64,000 nucleotides of DNA, from the NCBI GenBank assembly GCA_034670305.1, contig JAXMNT010000001.1:288001-352000 (forward strand), given 5' to 3'. The notes beneath the pieces were generated by a model. That model ran no database searches. It was not told where the DNA came from and was given only the letters and a program-made list of their open reading frames with translations. This DNA comes from Deltaproteobacteria bacterium. Its GTDB lineage: Bacteria > Myxococcota_A > Polyangia > Polyangiales > Houyiibacteriaceae. Positions within the stretch are counted from its first letter, which is position 1, and every line of letters starts with the position of its first letter. The position numbers were made by a program, and so were the translations under genes. Shown one piece after another: positions 1-10,528 of the stretch.

Positions 1-181
1 TCCGGACTTCGTAGAGCTGCACGACCCGGGCGCCTACCGCGAGCGCGATCGTCGAACCCACACACGCCAGCGCGCACGTCGTGAACCGTTCGACGCCGGC
101 CCGGCTCCAGCCCCGCAGCGGTTCGGGCACGGGGGTCTCGGCAAGCACAGGCGCATCCACGGCGGTCGAAGGCGAGTCCAT
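1..181 (-). CDS. Hypothetical membrane protein, N-terminal part (runs off window start)
   Basis: ATG at 181 preceded by GGGAGG; open frame MDSPSTAVDAPV... with hydrophobic stretch ALACVGSTIALAVGA; not in supplied ORF track. Confidence 0.5.
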   Translation of the reverse strand, partial: MDSPSTAVDAPVLAETPVPEPLRGWSRAGVERFTTCALACVGSTIALAVGARVVQLYEVR

Positions 182-355
182 GAAGTGTGTACGCCTCCCG
201 CGAAGCGCGCATTCCTCACCCCTGAAACCCACTGCGTTTCGCAAGGACAGCGCTGCGATTCCCGAGGCACTGCACCGCGTTCGTCAGGCGCTCCAGAACG
301 ACCGAAGCCGCGACCCCAGAGGATCGCGGCTTCCACGGATGGCGTCTGGCGACGA

Positions 356-1681
356 CTACGCGACGAAGGCGCGCAGGGTGTCGCTCTGGGCGACCTGCCG
401 CAGTTTGCGAAGCGCGAGCGCCTGGAGTTGCCGGATCCGTTCGCGGCTCAGTCCGAACTCACGTCCGATCTCTGCGAGGGTGTGGGCTTCCTGGTCGCCG
501 ATGCCGAAGCGCATGCGCAGGATCTGTTGCTCGCGTTCACTCAGGGTCTCGAGCGCCCCGAGCACGGTCGTGTTCAGGTCGTCTTCCACCAGCGCATCCA
601 TCGGCGAGGCGGTGCGTTCGTCCGCGATGAGATCGCGCAGCTCGCTGCTGCCGTCCGAACCCACGGGGGTCTCGAGCGAGACGGTGTCGCGCGCGATGGC
701 CAGCAGGTTGCGGACCTTCTCGACCGGAAGCTGCATCGCCGCAGCCACTTCGCCGGGCGTGGGATCCCGCCCGAGGCGACCGGTCAGTCGTCGGCTGGTA
801 CTCATCAACTTGGTGAGCAGTTCGTGGGCGTGGACTGGGACCCGGATCGTCCGGCCCTGATCGGTCGCCGCCCGCGCCATCGACTGCCGAATCCACCACG
901 ACGCGTACGTCGAGAGTTTGTAGCCGCGGCGGTAGTCGAATTTGTCGATGGCCCGCATGAGGCCCATGTTGCCTTCTTGAATCAGGTCGAGGAGCGGCAG
1001 GCCCCGCTTGAGGTACTTCTTCGCGGTGGCGACGACCAATCGAAGGTTCGCTTCGACCATCTCGGCTTTGGCCCGTTCGACGAGGGCGTCGGCGGCTTCG
1101 ATCGTGGCGTAGGTGTCCTTGATCACCCGCGCCTTGGCGCCCGCTTGCTTCTCGGCGATGTCGCGGTCTGCCTTCTTGCGGGTCTCGAGCAGCTGGACCC
1201 ACTTCGCGAGTCGCCGCCGGAGTTTCATGAACGGGGCGGAGATGACCGCGTCCTGAGGTCGGATCTCTTCGGCCGCGACACGGATGCCCACTTCGGCAAC
1301 CGCCGGCGCTTTGATCTTCGACGCGAGGAAGGTCGCCCAGATGACGTTGCGGCCCTTCTCGATCTGTCGGGCGAGTTCGACTTCGCCTTCGCGGGTGAGG
1401 AGACTGACCGATCCGATCCAGTCCAGGTACGACTGGATGGTCTCGTTCGCGCCGCCACGGGTCGAGCGCGAGGACGAACGTCCGCTGCTCTCGGTCTGGG
1501 TCGCCCGTTCTACCAGGCGCACACCCGCCGATTCGATCTGGCGCAGGAGGCGCTGAATGTTGAGGGGAGAAGATGCGCCCTTCGCTGCCAGGGCATCACT
1601 CACCTCCGCGAAGGTGAGAAATCCGCGTTCTCGTCCCTGCTGAATGAGCTCGTCGAAACGAGCGTTGCCGCCTTGGGTCAA
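356..1681 (-). CDS. RpoD-like (sigma-70 family) RNA polymerase sigma factor, divergent paralogue
   Basis: Region 1.1-like [19 protein letters not shown], 1.2 [17 protein letters not shown], 2 [40 protein letters not shown], 4 [22 protein letters not shown] start at 1681 inferred. Confidence 0.9.
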   Translation of the reverse strand: MTQGGNARFDELIQQGRERGFLTFAEVSDALAAKGASSPLNIQRLLRQIESAGVRLVERATQTESSGRSSSRSTRGGANETIQSYLDWIGSVSLLTREGEVELARQIEKGRNVIWATFLASKIKAPAVAEVGIRVAAEEIRPQDAVISAPFMKLRRRLAKWVQLLETRKKADRDIAEKQAGAKARVIKDTYATIEAADALVERAKAEMVEANLRLVVATAKKYLKRGLPLLDLIQEGNMGLMRAIDKFDYRRGYKLSTYASWWIRQSMARAATDQGRTIRVPVHAHELLTKLMSTSRRLTGRLGRDPTPGEVAAAMQLPVEKVRNLLAIARDTVSLETPVGSDGSSELRDLIADERTASPMDALVEDDLNTTVLGALETLSEREQQILRMRFGIGDQEAHTLAEIGREFGLSRERIRQLQALALRKLRQVAQSDTLRAFVA

Positions 1682-2139
1682 AGTGTCCGCCTTTCGGTGA
1701 TTAAGCCATCGATGTAAAAGAGAGATCGTCGGCCCAAGAGCAGAACGCCCGAGGAACGAATTCCTTGGGCTGCTTTTGAACCATCTGCGCTCTGAAGGTT
1801 CGACCCCGCAGGCTGAGTTGCCCGCGGACACACCGGTCGTTCATCCAGAACTCCCGAATACGCGCGCGCAGACCAAGCCGTCCCCCCACCGCTGGGAGGT
1901 GCTGTACAGGTGTTGGCGACTACGTCGGTTCGGGTCATGAAAAGTGTCTGCCCGCCACGCGATAACTCACGCGCCGTGCAGGATGCGTACAGAAGAAGGT
2001 GGGGACTTGTTTCGACTTCCGCCAGGTTTTTTTTCGGTTGACGAAATTCGTCAACGATTTCGATGCATGGATCACGGATGATCCCCGCGATCCGAACACC
2101 TGAGCAGTGCAAAATCGCCCCTCCAGGCCAGATCGCTTC

Positions 2140-2545
2140 CTAGCAGGTGTCACCGGGACGGGGTTTGGGGGCTGTGCCCCCAAGAATATTGTCTCTCGCG
2201 CGGGAGGCTCTGGGCCCGCGCAGGAGCGAAGCGACGAGCAGGTCCGGAGCCGCTTTCGAGGGTTCGGAAAGCCGAAGGCGTCCGAGCCCGTAGAAACCCC
2301 GCGAGAGACCAGCAATATTCGACAGCGTGCAGCCTCGCGAAGCGAGCCAGCGGTGTCACCGGGACGGGGGGCTGTGCCCCCAAGTAATATCGAACGGGCT
2401 CTCGCCCACCTCGAGCAGGTCGTCGCGATGCTCGTCGCGCCGATCAAGCGATCTGACCGCCGATCCGCGGGCAAGGGCAAAGGCAAGGGCAGGGGCAAGG
2501 GGCAGGCTGCGAGAACGCCCGCAGGGCGTTCTCGCAGCCTGCTAG
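2140..2545. mobile_element. Non-autonomous CTAG-flanked miniature element (variant of the 10445-11114 element) with nested insertion
   Basis: CTAGCAGG...CCTGCTAG ends; 2315-2545 is a near-identical reverse complement of 10445-10683; terminal 19-bp hairpin and (GGGCAA)-type array. Confidence 0.75.
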
Positions 2546-3612
2546 GGCCGGGAGGTCTTGGCCATGCCACCGACGATGCCGACCAGCGCACGCACTTCTC
2601 GCGCCGCCGTGGGCACCAGATCCAACACGGTCGATTGACCGGTGTGGGAGTAGGCCCCGGTGATGAACAGCTCGGCGTGGGGGATCGCCTGGGCGAGGGC
2701 GGCGCCTTGCTCCCACGGAATGACGTCGTCGTCGCGGCCGTGTGCCACCACGGTGGGGATTGCGATGCGGGCGCAGTCGGGGAGCGGGTCGAGGCTCTCG
2801 ATGCGCGCGCGGCCTCCCTCGAGACACTGCTCGAGCATCTCGTGCACCCCTGGCAGCACGCGGGTGCCCTTCAGGAAGAGTTCTCGATCGGCGAGGTCCT
2901 CTGCCAGTCGGTGGGCCACCGGCGCGAATGCCTCGTTCGATTTCATGTACGGCCGCCCCCACGTCAGGCGGATGAAGTCCATCCAGGCTTGGCGCAGCTG
3001 CGGCGCGTTCTTCGGATCCAGGTGTTCGACGAAGTTCAGTAGCACCGCGCAGCAGTTGAGCGGGTCGTGCGCGCGTCCGTCCGGGGCGCCTTCCACCGCG
3101 AACTCGAGCGTGTCCCGAAACACCGCGAAGCCACCGAACAACATCAGCCGGCCGACCTCTGGGCGGCGCGCGGCGACATCCAGTGCCGGAAGGGATCCGA
3201 ACGAGATGCTGAAGAGCCCGACCTTGTCCGTGTCCATCGACCGGCGCTCGGGCAACGCCAGAAGCAGGTCGAGCGCGCGCTCGAGGTCGACGCCCAGATC
3301 GTGGGTGACTTGCATGCGGCGGAAGTCCGGCAAGAAGGGACAGACCACCAGGATCCCGGCCTCGGCGAGCACGCGACAGAACCGGTCCAGCCGGCAGTCC
3401 GCCGGGCCGAGGTAGTGCAGGCCCGGGGTCACCACCATCGCGCCGGTCGGCGCGCCGTTGGAGTAGACCCAGACGTCCATCTCCGGTCGGCCTGCCTCGG
3501 CTGGAACCACCATCGGCCGCCAGGACACGTGCCGCGGTACCAAGTCGTCGTCGGTCCAGGGTCCGAGCCATTGCGCCAGGCGGGCGGACATTCGCAGCGT
3601 CTCTCTATCCAC
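2542..3612 (-). CDS. Alpha/beta-fold hydrolase
   Basis: Nucleophile-elbow-like FSISFGS, VAHGRDDDVIP, late His (GAYSHTG). Confidence 0.75.
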   Translation of the reverse strand: MDRETLRMSARLAQWLGPWTDDDLVPRHVSWRPMVVPAEAGRPEMDVWVYSNGAPTGAMVVTPGLHYLGPADCRLDRFCRVLAEAGILVVCPFLPDFRRMQVTHDLGVDLERALDLLLALPERRSMDTDKVGLFSISFGSLPALDVAARRPEVGRLMLFGGFAVFRDTLEFAVEGAPDGRAHDPLNCCAVLLNFVEHLDPKNAPQLRQAWMDFIRLTWGRPYMKSNEAFAPVAHRLAEDLADRELFLKGTRVLPGVHEMLEQCLEGGRARIESLDPLPDCARIAIPTVVAHGRDDDVIPWEQGAALAQAIPHAELFITGAYSHTGQSTVLDLVPTAAREVRALVGIVGGMAKTSRP

Positions 3613-3689
3613 CGGCGGAGACTACCTGTTCGGGGCCGCGACTCGGTCCGTTTGTTGGCGGTGTCGACGCCTCGACCCGCCCATCGGCG

Positions 3690-5456
3690 TCACTCGTCGA
3701 CCGGCTCGTTCACCCGCAGCACCGTCCTCGCCGGAACGTCGAAGAAGTTCTGGATCTGCCCGCTGCGGGGCCATCGAACTTCCACCCGCGCCACCGTCTC
3801 GTGTGTGCCCAGTCCGAAGTGGGGACGGCCGGGGTCGTTGCCGAGAAACCCGCAGCCGTTGCCCGCCAGCCGCACCATCGGGGTCGCGTCGGCCGTCGGC
3901 CAGACCCGCACTTCGGCGCCGTAGCCATCGCGGTTCGACGACGTGCCGCGCGGGTCCACGACAAGCCAGCTTCGGATTTCGGCGGCGTCGTTTCGCCAGA
4001 CGAGGGGCGGGTCGAGGGTGTGGGTGACAACCAGATCCAAGTCGCCGTCGCCGTCGAGGTCGACCGGCACCACCGCGCGGCCAACCCCGTCGTCGACGAG
4101 GCCGAGCTCGGCCGCCACGTCGACGAAGGTGCCGTCGCCTTCGTTCCGCCAGAGTTTGATCGGGTCGGTTTCGTACCCGGTGTCCGGCGTGGTGTGGCGG
4201 ATGCCATTGGTCGCGACGAGATCGAGGTCTCCGTCGAGGTCGAAGTCGAAGAAGCGTGCGCCCCATCCCCAGCCGGCGTCGCGCACCCCGGCCGCGTCGG
4301 TCACGTCGACGAACCGCCGCCCGCCTTCGTTTCGGAACAGGCGGTTGCCGCTTCGGCCCCAGTAGCAGTCTTCGCCGCGGCGGCAGTCGTCGTCGAAGAT
4401 CGCGGTCACGAAGTAGTCGAGGTCGCCGTCGTTGTCGTAGTCGCCGAACGCGGCGCCCATGCCGTTCTCCTCCGTGCCCACGCCGGCTTCGGACGTGCCA
4501 TCCAGGAACGCCATGCCGTCTTCGGGCGCGGCCTCGTTCCAGAACAGGCGCGAGGTCTCGAAGTCCGCGGTCTGCACGAACTCCGGTCGACCGTCGCCGT
4601 CGAGGTCGACCAGCGCGGGCGTGAACCCCCACGCCCCTGGGACCCCGAGCGCGCGGGTGTTCTCCGCCCGCAGTCCGAGCGCGTCCGTGACGTCCGAGAA
4701 ACTGCCCGGTGCCATCGCGCCCAGGTTGCGAAAGAGGCCGTTGCCGGTCCGCTGATCGGTGTCCGAGACCGGGCGCCACGCGCTGGTGGTCAGATCCAGA
4801 AACCCATCGAGGTCGTAGTCTCCGAAGCACTGGCTCATCGACGCGTGCAGGTCGCCGGTCGGCAGGGCCACGCCCCGCGCCTCGCCTTCTTCGACGAAGT
4901 GCAGCGGCGCGTGCTGCACGAAGAGCTGCGTCTGGGCATCGCCCATCACACCGACCACCAGATCGAGGTCGCCGTCGTTGTCGATGTCGGCGAACGCGGC
5001 GCCGTTGCTCAACCGCGCGTCTTCGAACGCCGGCACGTGCTGTCGTTCGAAGACGAAGTCTCCACGGTTCAGGTACAGCGCGTTCGGTGCGTCGAAATGG
5101 GTGAACAGCACATCCGGCAAACCGTCCCCGTCCACGTCGCCGACCGCCACACCGCCAGCGAAGCGCAGCGCCGCGCACGCCACCACGTTGTCCAGGTAAC
5201 AGGGCACGGGGTACCGCTCCGCCCATTGCGGTTCGGGGAACACCATGGGCATGGCGGTGAAGCCGCGGGGTGGGTCGAACCAGGCGTCGGCTTCGGCGGC
5301 AGCATCCGCGCCGACATCGACGGTCCCATCGTTGGACGCCCCGCCATCGCGTGTGCGTGCGTCGGGCACCGACGCGTCCGCCAGGTCCACCTCGCCTGTC
5401 GGGCTCGAACACCCCAGGACCAAGAGCCATCCGAGATGGAGGCAATGCGCGCGCAC
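3690..5456 (-). CDS. CRTAC1-family FG-GAP repeat lipoprotein with C-terminal ASPIC/UnbV domain
   Basis: Lipobox LVLGC; repeated D-x-D-x-D-G-D-L-D motifs; C-terminal HFGLG..VEVRWPRSG. Confidence 0.85.
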   Translation of the reverse strand: MRAHCLHLGWLLVLGCSSPTGEVDLADASVPDARTRDGGASNDGTVDVGADAAAEADAWFDPPRGFTAMPMVFPEPQWAERYPVPCYLDNVVACAALRFAGGVAVGDVDGDGLPDVLFTHFDAPNALYLNRGDFVFERQHVPAFEDARLSNGAAFADIDNDGDLDLVVGVMGDAQTQLFVQHAPLHFVEEGEARGVALPTGDLHASMSQCFGDYDLDGFLDLTTSAWRPVSDTDQRTGNGLFRNLGAMAPGSFSDVTDALGLRAENTRALGVPGAWGFTPALVDLDGDGRPEFVQTADFETSRLFWNEAAPEDGMAFLDGTSEAGVGTEENGMGAAFGDYDNDGDLDYFVTAIFDDDCRRGEDCYWGRSGNRLFRNEGGRRFVDVTDAAGVRDAGWGWGARFFDFDLDGDLDLVATNGIRHTTPDTGYETDPIKLWRNEGDGTFVDVAAELGLVDDGVGRAVVPVDLDGDGDLDLVVTHTLDPPLVWRNDAAEIRSWLVVDPRGTSSNRDGYGAEVRVWPTADATPMVRLAGNGCGFLGNDPGRPHFGLGTHETVARVEVRWPRSGQIQNFFDVPARTVLRVNEPVDE

Positions 5457-5516
5457 CGGTGCAGTCTAGCAGCCGCACAACCGGCTGGTGGCGCGGTGAC
5501 TGCGCTTGCGCGCCGT

Positions 5517-5978
5517 TCAGTCCGGCGCGGTCACGAGTCGGAGTTCGGCGCCGGCGGGCAGTCCCACTTCGAGGACGGACTGCGCTTCACCTTCCCCCGC
5601 CTCTTCGTCGACCTCGGCGACTCGCACGATGAGTCGGTTGTTCTGCCGGCGGACGATGATGTGGTGACCTGCCCCCGCCCACCAGCAGTTGGCCCGCAGC
5701 AGATCGGGCGGGTGGGCCGTCTCGTGCGAACACACGCCGAGGTAGGTGCCGATCGGCGTCACGTCGCGGCTCCCCTCGGCGGCGATGACGGCCAGCGCCA
5801 GGTTCGAACGCGGCATGTCCTGTTCGTTCACGCCTCCGTCGAGGATCCGCAACGAGACCGTGACCTCGGGTGCGGTTTCGGGCGGTGGCGCGGCGACCGG
5901 TTCGGGGGTGTGCGCACACCCCATCCAGGCGACACAGGAGAGAGACAAGGCGGACAACCGCATCGAGGAGAGGGTCAC
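5517..5978 (-). CDS. Hypothetical lipoprotein
   Basis: Signal-like N-terminus ending AWMGC; start overlaps stop of upstream regulator. Confidence 0.6.
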   Translation of the reverse strand: MTLSSMRLSALSLSCVAWMGCAHTPEPVAAPPPETAPEVTVSLRILDGGVNEQDMPRSNLALAVIAAEGSRDVTPIGTYLGVCSHETAHPPDLLRANCWWAGAGHHIIVRRQNNRLIVRVAEVDEEAGEGEAQSVLEVGLPAGAELRLVTAPD

Positions 5979-7318
5979 TGGGCTTCGATTCCGTAGGCGC
6001 GGAGTTTGCGTTGCAGGGTTCGGCGATCGATACCGAGCGCGACGGCCGCTTTGGTGATGTTGCCGTCGAACGAAGAGAGCACCCGCTCGATGTGGGCGCG
6101 TTCGATCTCAGCGAGCGAGGTGGTCTCGGGCAGAGAGGCGGTGGCGTCGGTGCGCTTCTCGCTCGTTCCCCCGAGGTGCCCGAACACACTCCCGGCGATC
6201 ATGCGGCGCGCGAGGTCGGCGTCGATGACGTCTCCGTTCGCGAACAGCGCCGCGCGCCGGAGCACATTGAGCAACTCGCGCACGTTGCCCGGCCAGTCGT
6301 ACGCGCGAAGCGCGGCCAGCGCGGAGGGTTCGAGCGTCGTCGCTGCCGAACCCACCCGTCCCAGCAGATGCTGCGCGAGCGGTTCGAGGTCGCCGGGCCG
6401 GTCCCGCAGCGGGGGGACCACGACGGGGAACACCTGCAGCCGGAAGAAGAGGTCTTCGCGAAACCGGCCGGCCGCGACTTCCTCGCGCAGGTCGCGGTTC
6501 GTCGCGGCGATGATGCGGGCGTCGACGTCGTGTTCGCGACTCTCGCCGATCGGTCGCACCTTCCGGGTCTCGAGGGCACGCAACAACTTGGCCTGGCTCT
6601 CGATCGGAAGCTCGGCGAGCTCGTCGATGAACAGGGTGCCGCGGTGGGCCTCGCGAAAGAGCCCCTTGCGGTCGGACGTGGCGCCGGTGAATGCGCCCCG
6701 CTTGTGTCCGAAGAGTTCGCTCTCGAACAGTTCGCGCGGCACACACGCCGCATTCATGGCGACGAAGTTCTTGTCGGCGCGTGGGCTCCGGCGGTGCACG
6801 TGGCGCGCGACGACCTCTTTGCCCGTCCCGGTCTCTCCGGAGATGAGCACGGTCTCGTCGGTGGGGGCGACGGTGTCGATGAACCGGCGGATGGCGTCCA
6901 TCGCGCCGCTCGTGCCGATGAGGGGTGGCACGTCGTCGCCGCCGGGCGCGTTGGTGCCGCCCTCGCGGACCGCTTGTTCCAGCAGCGGTCCGAGTGCGTC
7001 GGCGTCCACCGGCTTCTCGAGGAACGAGAACGCGCCGAGCTGCATCGCGACCACCGCTGCCTGCACTGTGCCGTGACCCGTCAGCACGACGATGCGGGTC
7101 GGCGAGGCGCCGCGCCGGCGGAGCACCTCGAGCCCGTCCATGCCGCGCATCCTCAGATCGAGCAGCGCGGCGTCGGGCGCTGCGTCGCCGGTGAGGAGCG
7201 GGAGGGCTTCTTCGCCGCTCGCCGCTTCGGCGACCTCGAACTCGAGCCGCCGCAGCGCTTTCGCGATCGCGAAACGAAACGCCTTGTCGTCGTCGATGAC
7301 GAGGATCCGGCCCTTCAC
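5975..7318 (-). CDS. Sigma-54-dependent response regulator (NtrC family)
   Basis: Receiver ILVIDDD..LLDLRM; Walker A GETGTGKE; GAFTGA; WPGNVREL; Fis-type HTH. Confidence 0.95.
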   Translation of the reverse strand: MKGRILVIDDDKAFRFAIAKALRRLEFEVAEAASGEEALPLLTGDAAPDAALLDLRMRGMDGLEVLRRRGASPTRIVVLTGHGTVQAAVVAMQLGAFSFLEKPVDADALGPLLEQAVREGGTNAPGGDDVPPLIGTSGAMDAIRRFIDTVAPTDETVLISGETGTGKEVVARHVHRRSPRADKNFVAMNAACVPRELFESELFGHKRGAFTGATSDRKGLFREAHRGTLFIDELAELPIESQAKLLRALETRKVRPIGESREHDVDARIIAATNRDLREEVAAGRFREDLFFRLQVFPVVVPPLRDRPGDLEPLAQHLLGRVGSAATTLEPSALAALRAYDWPGNVRELLNVLRRAALFANGDVIDADLARRMIAGSVFGHLGGTSEKRTDATASLPETTSLAEIERAHIERVLSSFDGNITKAAVALGIDRRTLQRKLRAYGIEAQ

Positions 7319-9078
7319 GCGCCGCCTCCGGCCGCGAGCCGCAGAATCGCTTCGGTGCCGCCGCTCTCGCGCGCTTCGAGTTCGAGTCGTCCGCCCATCG
7401 CCGTGACGAGCATATAGGACGTGTAGAGCCCGAGCCCTGTGCCTTCGCCGGGGGGCTTGGTGGTGGCGAAAGGTTCGAAGAGCCGGCCCTGCATCGATTC
7501 GGGCAGGCCGGGGCCATCGTCCAGCACTCGGATGATCACGTGTTGCCCGTCGAGGGCCGCGTTCACTTCGATCGTCGAGCCCGTGTGTGCGCGGATCGCG
7601 TCGTAGGCGTTCTGAAGAAGGTTCACGAGTACTTGGACGAGGCGATCCATGTCCGCCGCGACCTCGAGGTGTGAGACCGAGTCGTCCACCCGCACCTCCG
7701 GTCCCGAACGTACGCCCGCGAACACGATCGCTCGGGCGCGCTCCACCACCGCCGCCAAAGGAACCTGCCCGTCGATCCGTGCCCGCACGAGATCGCCGCC
7801 GGCCAGCAGCGCTTGCGTGATGCGTCCGAGCCGATGGGTCTCGTCCCGAATGAGATCCGCGGACTCGTCGAGGTCCCGCGCGAGCTCTTCGTCCATGCCC
7901 TCTTTGGCGAGCGACTGCAGCGCGCGGGCCATGTCGGTCGCCAGGGTACGGATGGTGGCGAGCGGGGTGTTGAGTTCATGCGCCACGCCTTGGGCGACCC
8001 TTCCGAGGCTCGCGAGTCGTTCGGCGAGCAGCAGCTGTCGCTCGGCGATCGTGGCCTGGGTGCGGTCGACGTACAGGTTCATGACCCGCGGCTCATCCGG
8101 CGAGGGGTGCCGGTTCGAGGACGGGCTCTCGGCTTCGATCGGGAACGCGAGCATTTCGTACACCCGCTCCGGTGTATGCAAGTCCTCGCTGGGGACCGCG
8201 AATCGACATCGACCGCTCAGCCCTTCGGCGCGCGCGAGCGCCACAGGGCACGCGCCGCCGTCGCGTTCGCACGGCCGCCGATCCCCCGCGCACTCCCAGA
8301 GCGCACCGACGGGGCACCAGGGTGCGAGCTCCTCTGCCCGCTTGTTGCGCCACAACACCCGGCCGTCTCCATCGACGACTTCCAGACCGGCGTCGAGTTC
8401 GTCGAGGGTGTTCGAGAGCAACTGGTACTCGAGCGCCGCCCGATCGCGCGCACGGGCCAGCGCGCGCTCCCGGTCGCGCAGTTCGTTCACCGCGTGGGTC
8501 ACGATGTAGGCCGCGCCCGAGACGAGCATTGCGAACGCGGCGACCTCCGAGATCGTGTCGAAGGGTGGGGTGGGCGCCCACACGCCGAGCCTCAGCGAAG
8601 GGGTCGACTGGGCGAACGCCAAGAACCCCGCGCCGGCAAAGGCGCCGCCGGTGGCGACGACGGTGCTGCGTGGTCCGCCCAAGATCGCGATGAGCGCCAC
8701 ATGGAACAGGTAGAAGCCGATGAACGGGCAGTCGACGCCGCCCGCCGCCCACAGCAACACCGTCAACATCGTCAGGTCGAAGAGCGCCTGAAAGAGGGCT
8801 GGCTTCGGACCGCTCGTGGCGACGCCGGCGCGGTGGCTGCGCCAGAGCAAGAAGTTGTAACTGGTGCCGAACGCCGCGACTCCAGCCATCACCGGCCAAG
8901 CGGTGCCCGGAAACAGACCGGAGCTTGCGAGTGCGGTGGCGGCCCAGACCCCGAGCATCGCCACCCAGCGCAGCCGCATGAGCCACCGCATCCGGTCGAG
9001 GGTGAACGCGTCGCCGCGCCCCGGCTCGAACAGCGCGTCTCCTCCGTAGCGCCCCTCGGTGATCTTCACCCTTCGCAC
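7315..9078 (-). CDS. Membrane sensor histidine kinase
   Basis: Several TM helices; H-box VAHELNTPL; N-box NLLQNA; G-boxes DDGPG, GTGLGL; translationally coupled to regulator. Confidence 0.92.
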   Translation of the reverse strand: MRRVKITEGRYGGDALFEPGRGDAFTLDRMRWLMRLRWVAMLGVWAATALASSGLFPGTAWPVMAGVAAFGTSYNFLLWRSHRAGVATSGPKPALFQALFDLTMLTVLLWAAGGVDCPFIGFYLFHVALIAILGGPRSTVVATGGAFAGAGFLAFAQSTPSLRLGVWAPTPPFDTISEVAAFAMLVSGAAYIVTHAVNELRDRERALARARDRAALEYQLLSNTLDELDAGLEVVDGDGRVLWRNKRAEELAPWCPVGALWECAGDRRPCERDGGACPVALARAEGLSGRCRFAVPSEDLHTPERVYEMLAFPIEAESPSSNRHPSPDEPRVMNLYVDRTQATIAERQLLLAERLASLGRVAQGVAHELNTPLATIRTLATDMARALQSLAKEGMDEELARDLDESADLIRDETHRLGRITQALLAGGDLVRARIDGQVPLAAVVERARAIVFAGVRSGPEVRVDDSVSHLEVAADMDRLVQVLVNLLQNAYDAIRAHTGSTIEVNAALDGQHVIIRVLDDGPGLPESMQGRLFEPFATTKPPGEGTGLGLYTSYMLVTAMGGRLELEARESGGTEAILRLAAGGGA

Positions 9079-9100
9079 CTGGGTCTAGGCGCCATGTGGA

Positions 9101-9646
9101 TCAAGTCCCAGAGAGAAACGCACGGATGTCCTTGCGGCTGACCCGCCACGCGATGAACAGATGGGCACCCAGGTTGATGAGCGAGGCGACGATCATCGAG
9201 ACGATCATCCATTGCATGTCGCCACCGCCCTGGGCGGACCCTCCGAGCAGATCGGACAGCCGCGCAGAATGCAGGTGCGTGTTGTAGAGCCAGCTCCCGA
9301 GCTTGAGCGCGATCCAGACGACGTTGGCGAGGATCGCCTGCTTCACCAGCCACAGCGCCGTGGGCCGGCGGGCGAGCAAGAACAGTCCGCCGAGCACCAA
9401 GAGCACGCTGACGACGATGTTTGCCGCGGCCAGGGGTCGCCGGTTGGGTTCGTTGTAGAGGGTCCGTTGGATCTCGACCATCTGCTCGGCGAGCTCGGCC
9501 TGATCCGGGGCGACCTGCTCGGTGGCGCGGGTCGAGAAGTGCACCCCCTCCAGGTCGGCCACGCCGTGAAACACGCCGCACGACCCCATGAACACGAGCA
9601 GGGTTGCGAGCACGAAACTCACCCGTGCGCCGTGGTTTGGGGGCAT
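9101..9646 (-). CDS. Hypothetical integral membrane protein
   Basis: About four hydrophobic segments; ATG at 9646 with TATCCT 7 nt upstream. Confidence 0.65.
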   Translation of the reverse strand: MPPNHGARVSFVLATLLVFMGSCGVFHGVADLEGVHFSTRATEQVAPDQAELAEQMVEIQRTLYNEPNRRPLAAANIVVSVLLVLGGLFLLARRPTALWLVKQAILANVVWIALKLGSWLYNTHLHSARLSDLLGGSAQGGGDMQWMIVSMIVASLINLGAHLFIAWRVSRKDIRAFLSGT

Positions 9647-9890
9647 GCCCGGGAGGATAGGCGGGATCGGCGGCCCTCGGTAGCGGCGCCCTCGCGAAGC
9701 ACGAGGTCGGTTTTGGAGGCGAACCGGGCCGCAGGGCAAGAAAGGGAAGGAACGTTGGCGGCACTCGGTATGCTTTTCTGTGAGCGCCTGGAACATTTCC
9801 TGGAACTTTTCTCCGAACGCGGTGTCCACACCGGGCTGAGATGACTCCTTTGGTTCACCCACGTCGATTGTTGGTTGGTCGGAGCGTTCC

Positions 9891-10448
9891 GTGGAACTGA
9901 AGCTGAATGTTGCGCTGCTGGTGGGTTTGGCGTTCGTTTGGGCCCACCTGACCGCCTCCACGACCGTCTCGCCGCTCGACGCGGACGACCCCGGCACCCT
10001 CGAGCTTCAGCGGCTCGAAGACGAGTTCGCCCTCCACCGAGACGATCCCCAGCTCGGCCGCACCCTGGCCGAGGCCTACATCGACCTCGGCCGACCTGGA
10101 CTGGCCATTGCCGTTTTGCGGGCCGGCGATCCAGCGCTCATCGAACACCCCTTGGTCGCCCACCGGCTGGCTCAGGCGTACGAAGCGTCTGGCCGATTGC
10201 TCGACGCGCTTGCGACCGCGAACCTCGCCTCGGCCCGCTGCGCCCGCTCGCTCGGCACCGTAGACGCGCCGAGCGGCACCCCCGTCCCGCGCTACACCTG
10301 CAACGCCCACCAGCACGCGGTGCTCTCCACCCACCGGGTGGCACTGAGCCACATGGTCGACTGGGGCGTGACCGCACCCGGCACCGACCCACGCGCCCAA
10401 ACCGCCTACGACCTCGCGATGCGCCGCGCGCGCATCGCGCTTTACTAG
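9891..10448 (+). CDS. Hypothetical exported protein with TPR-like helices
   Basis: GGAG upstream; N-terminal hydrophobic segment; LAEAYIDLGRPGLA and LAQAYEASGRLLDA helices. Confidence 0.65.
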   Translation: MELKLNVALLVGLAFVWAHLTASTTVSPLDADDPGTLELQRLEDEFALHRDDPQLGRTLAEAYIDLGRPGLAIAVLRAGDPALIEHPLVAHRLAQAYEASGRLLDALATANLASARCARSLGTVDAPSGTPVPRYTCNAHQHAVLSTHRVALSHMVDWGVTAPGTDPRAQTAYDLAMRRARIALY

Positions 10449-10528
10449 CAGGCTGCTGAAGAACGCCCGCAGGGCGTTCTGGCAGCCTGCCCCTTGCCCC
10501 TGCCCTTGCCTTTGCCCTTGCCCGCGGA

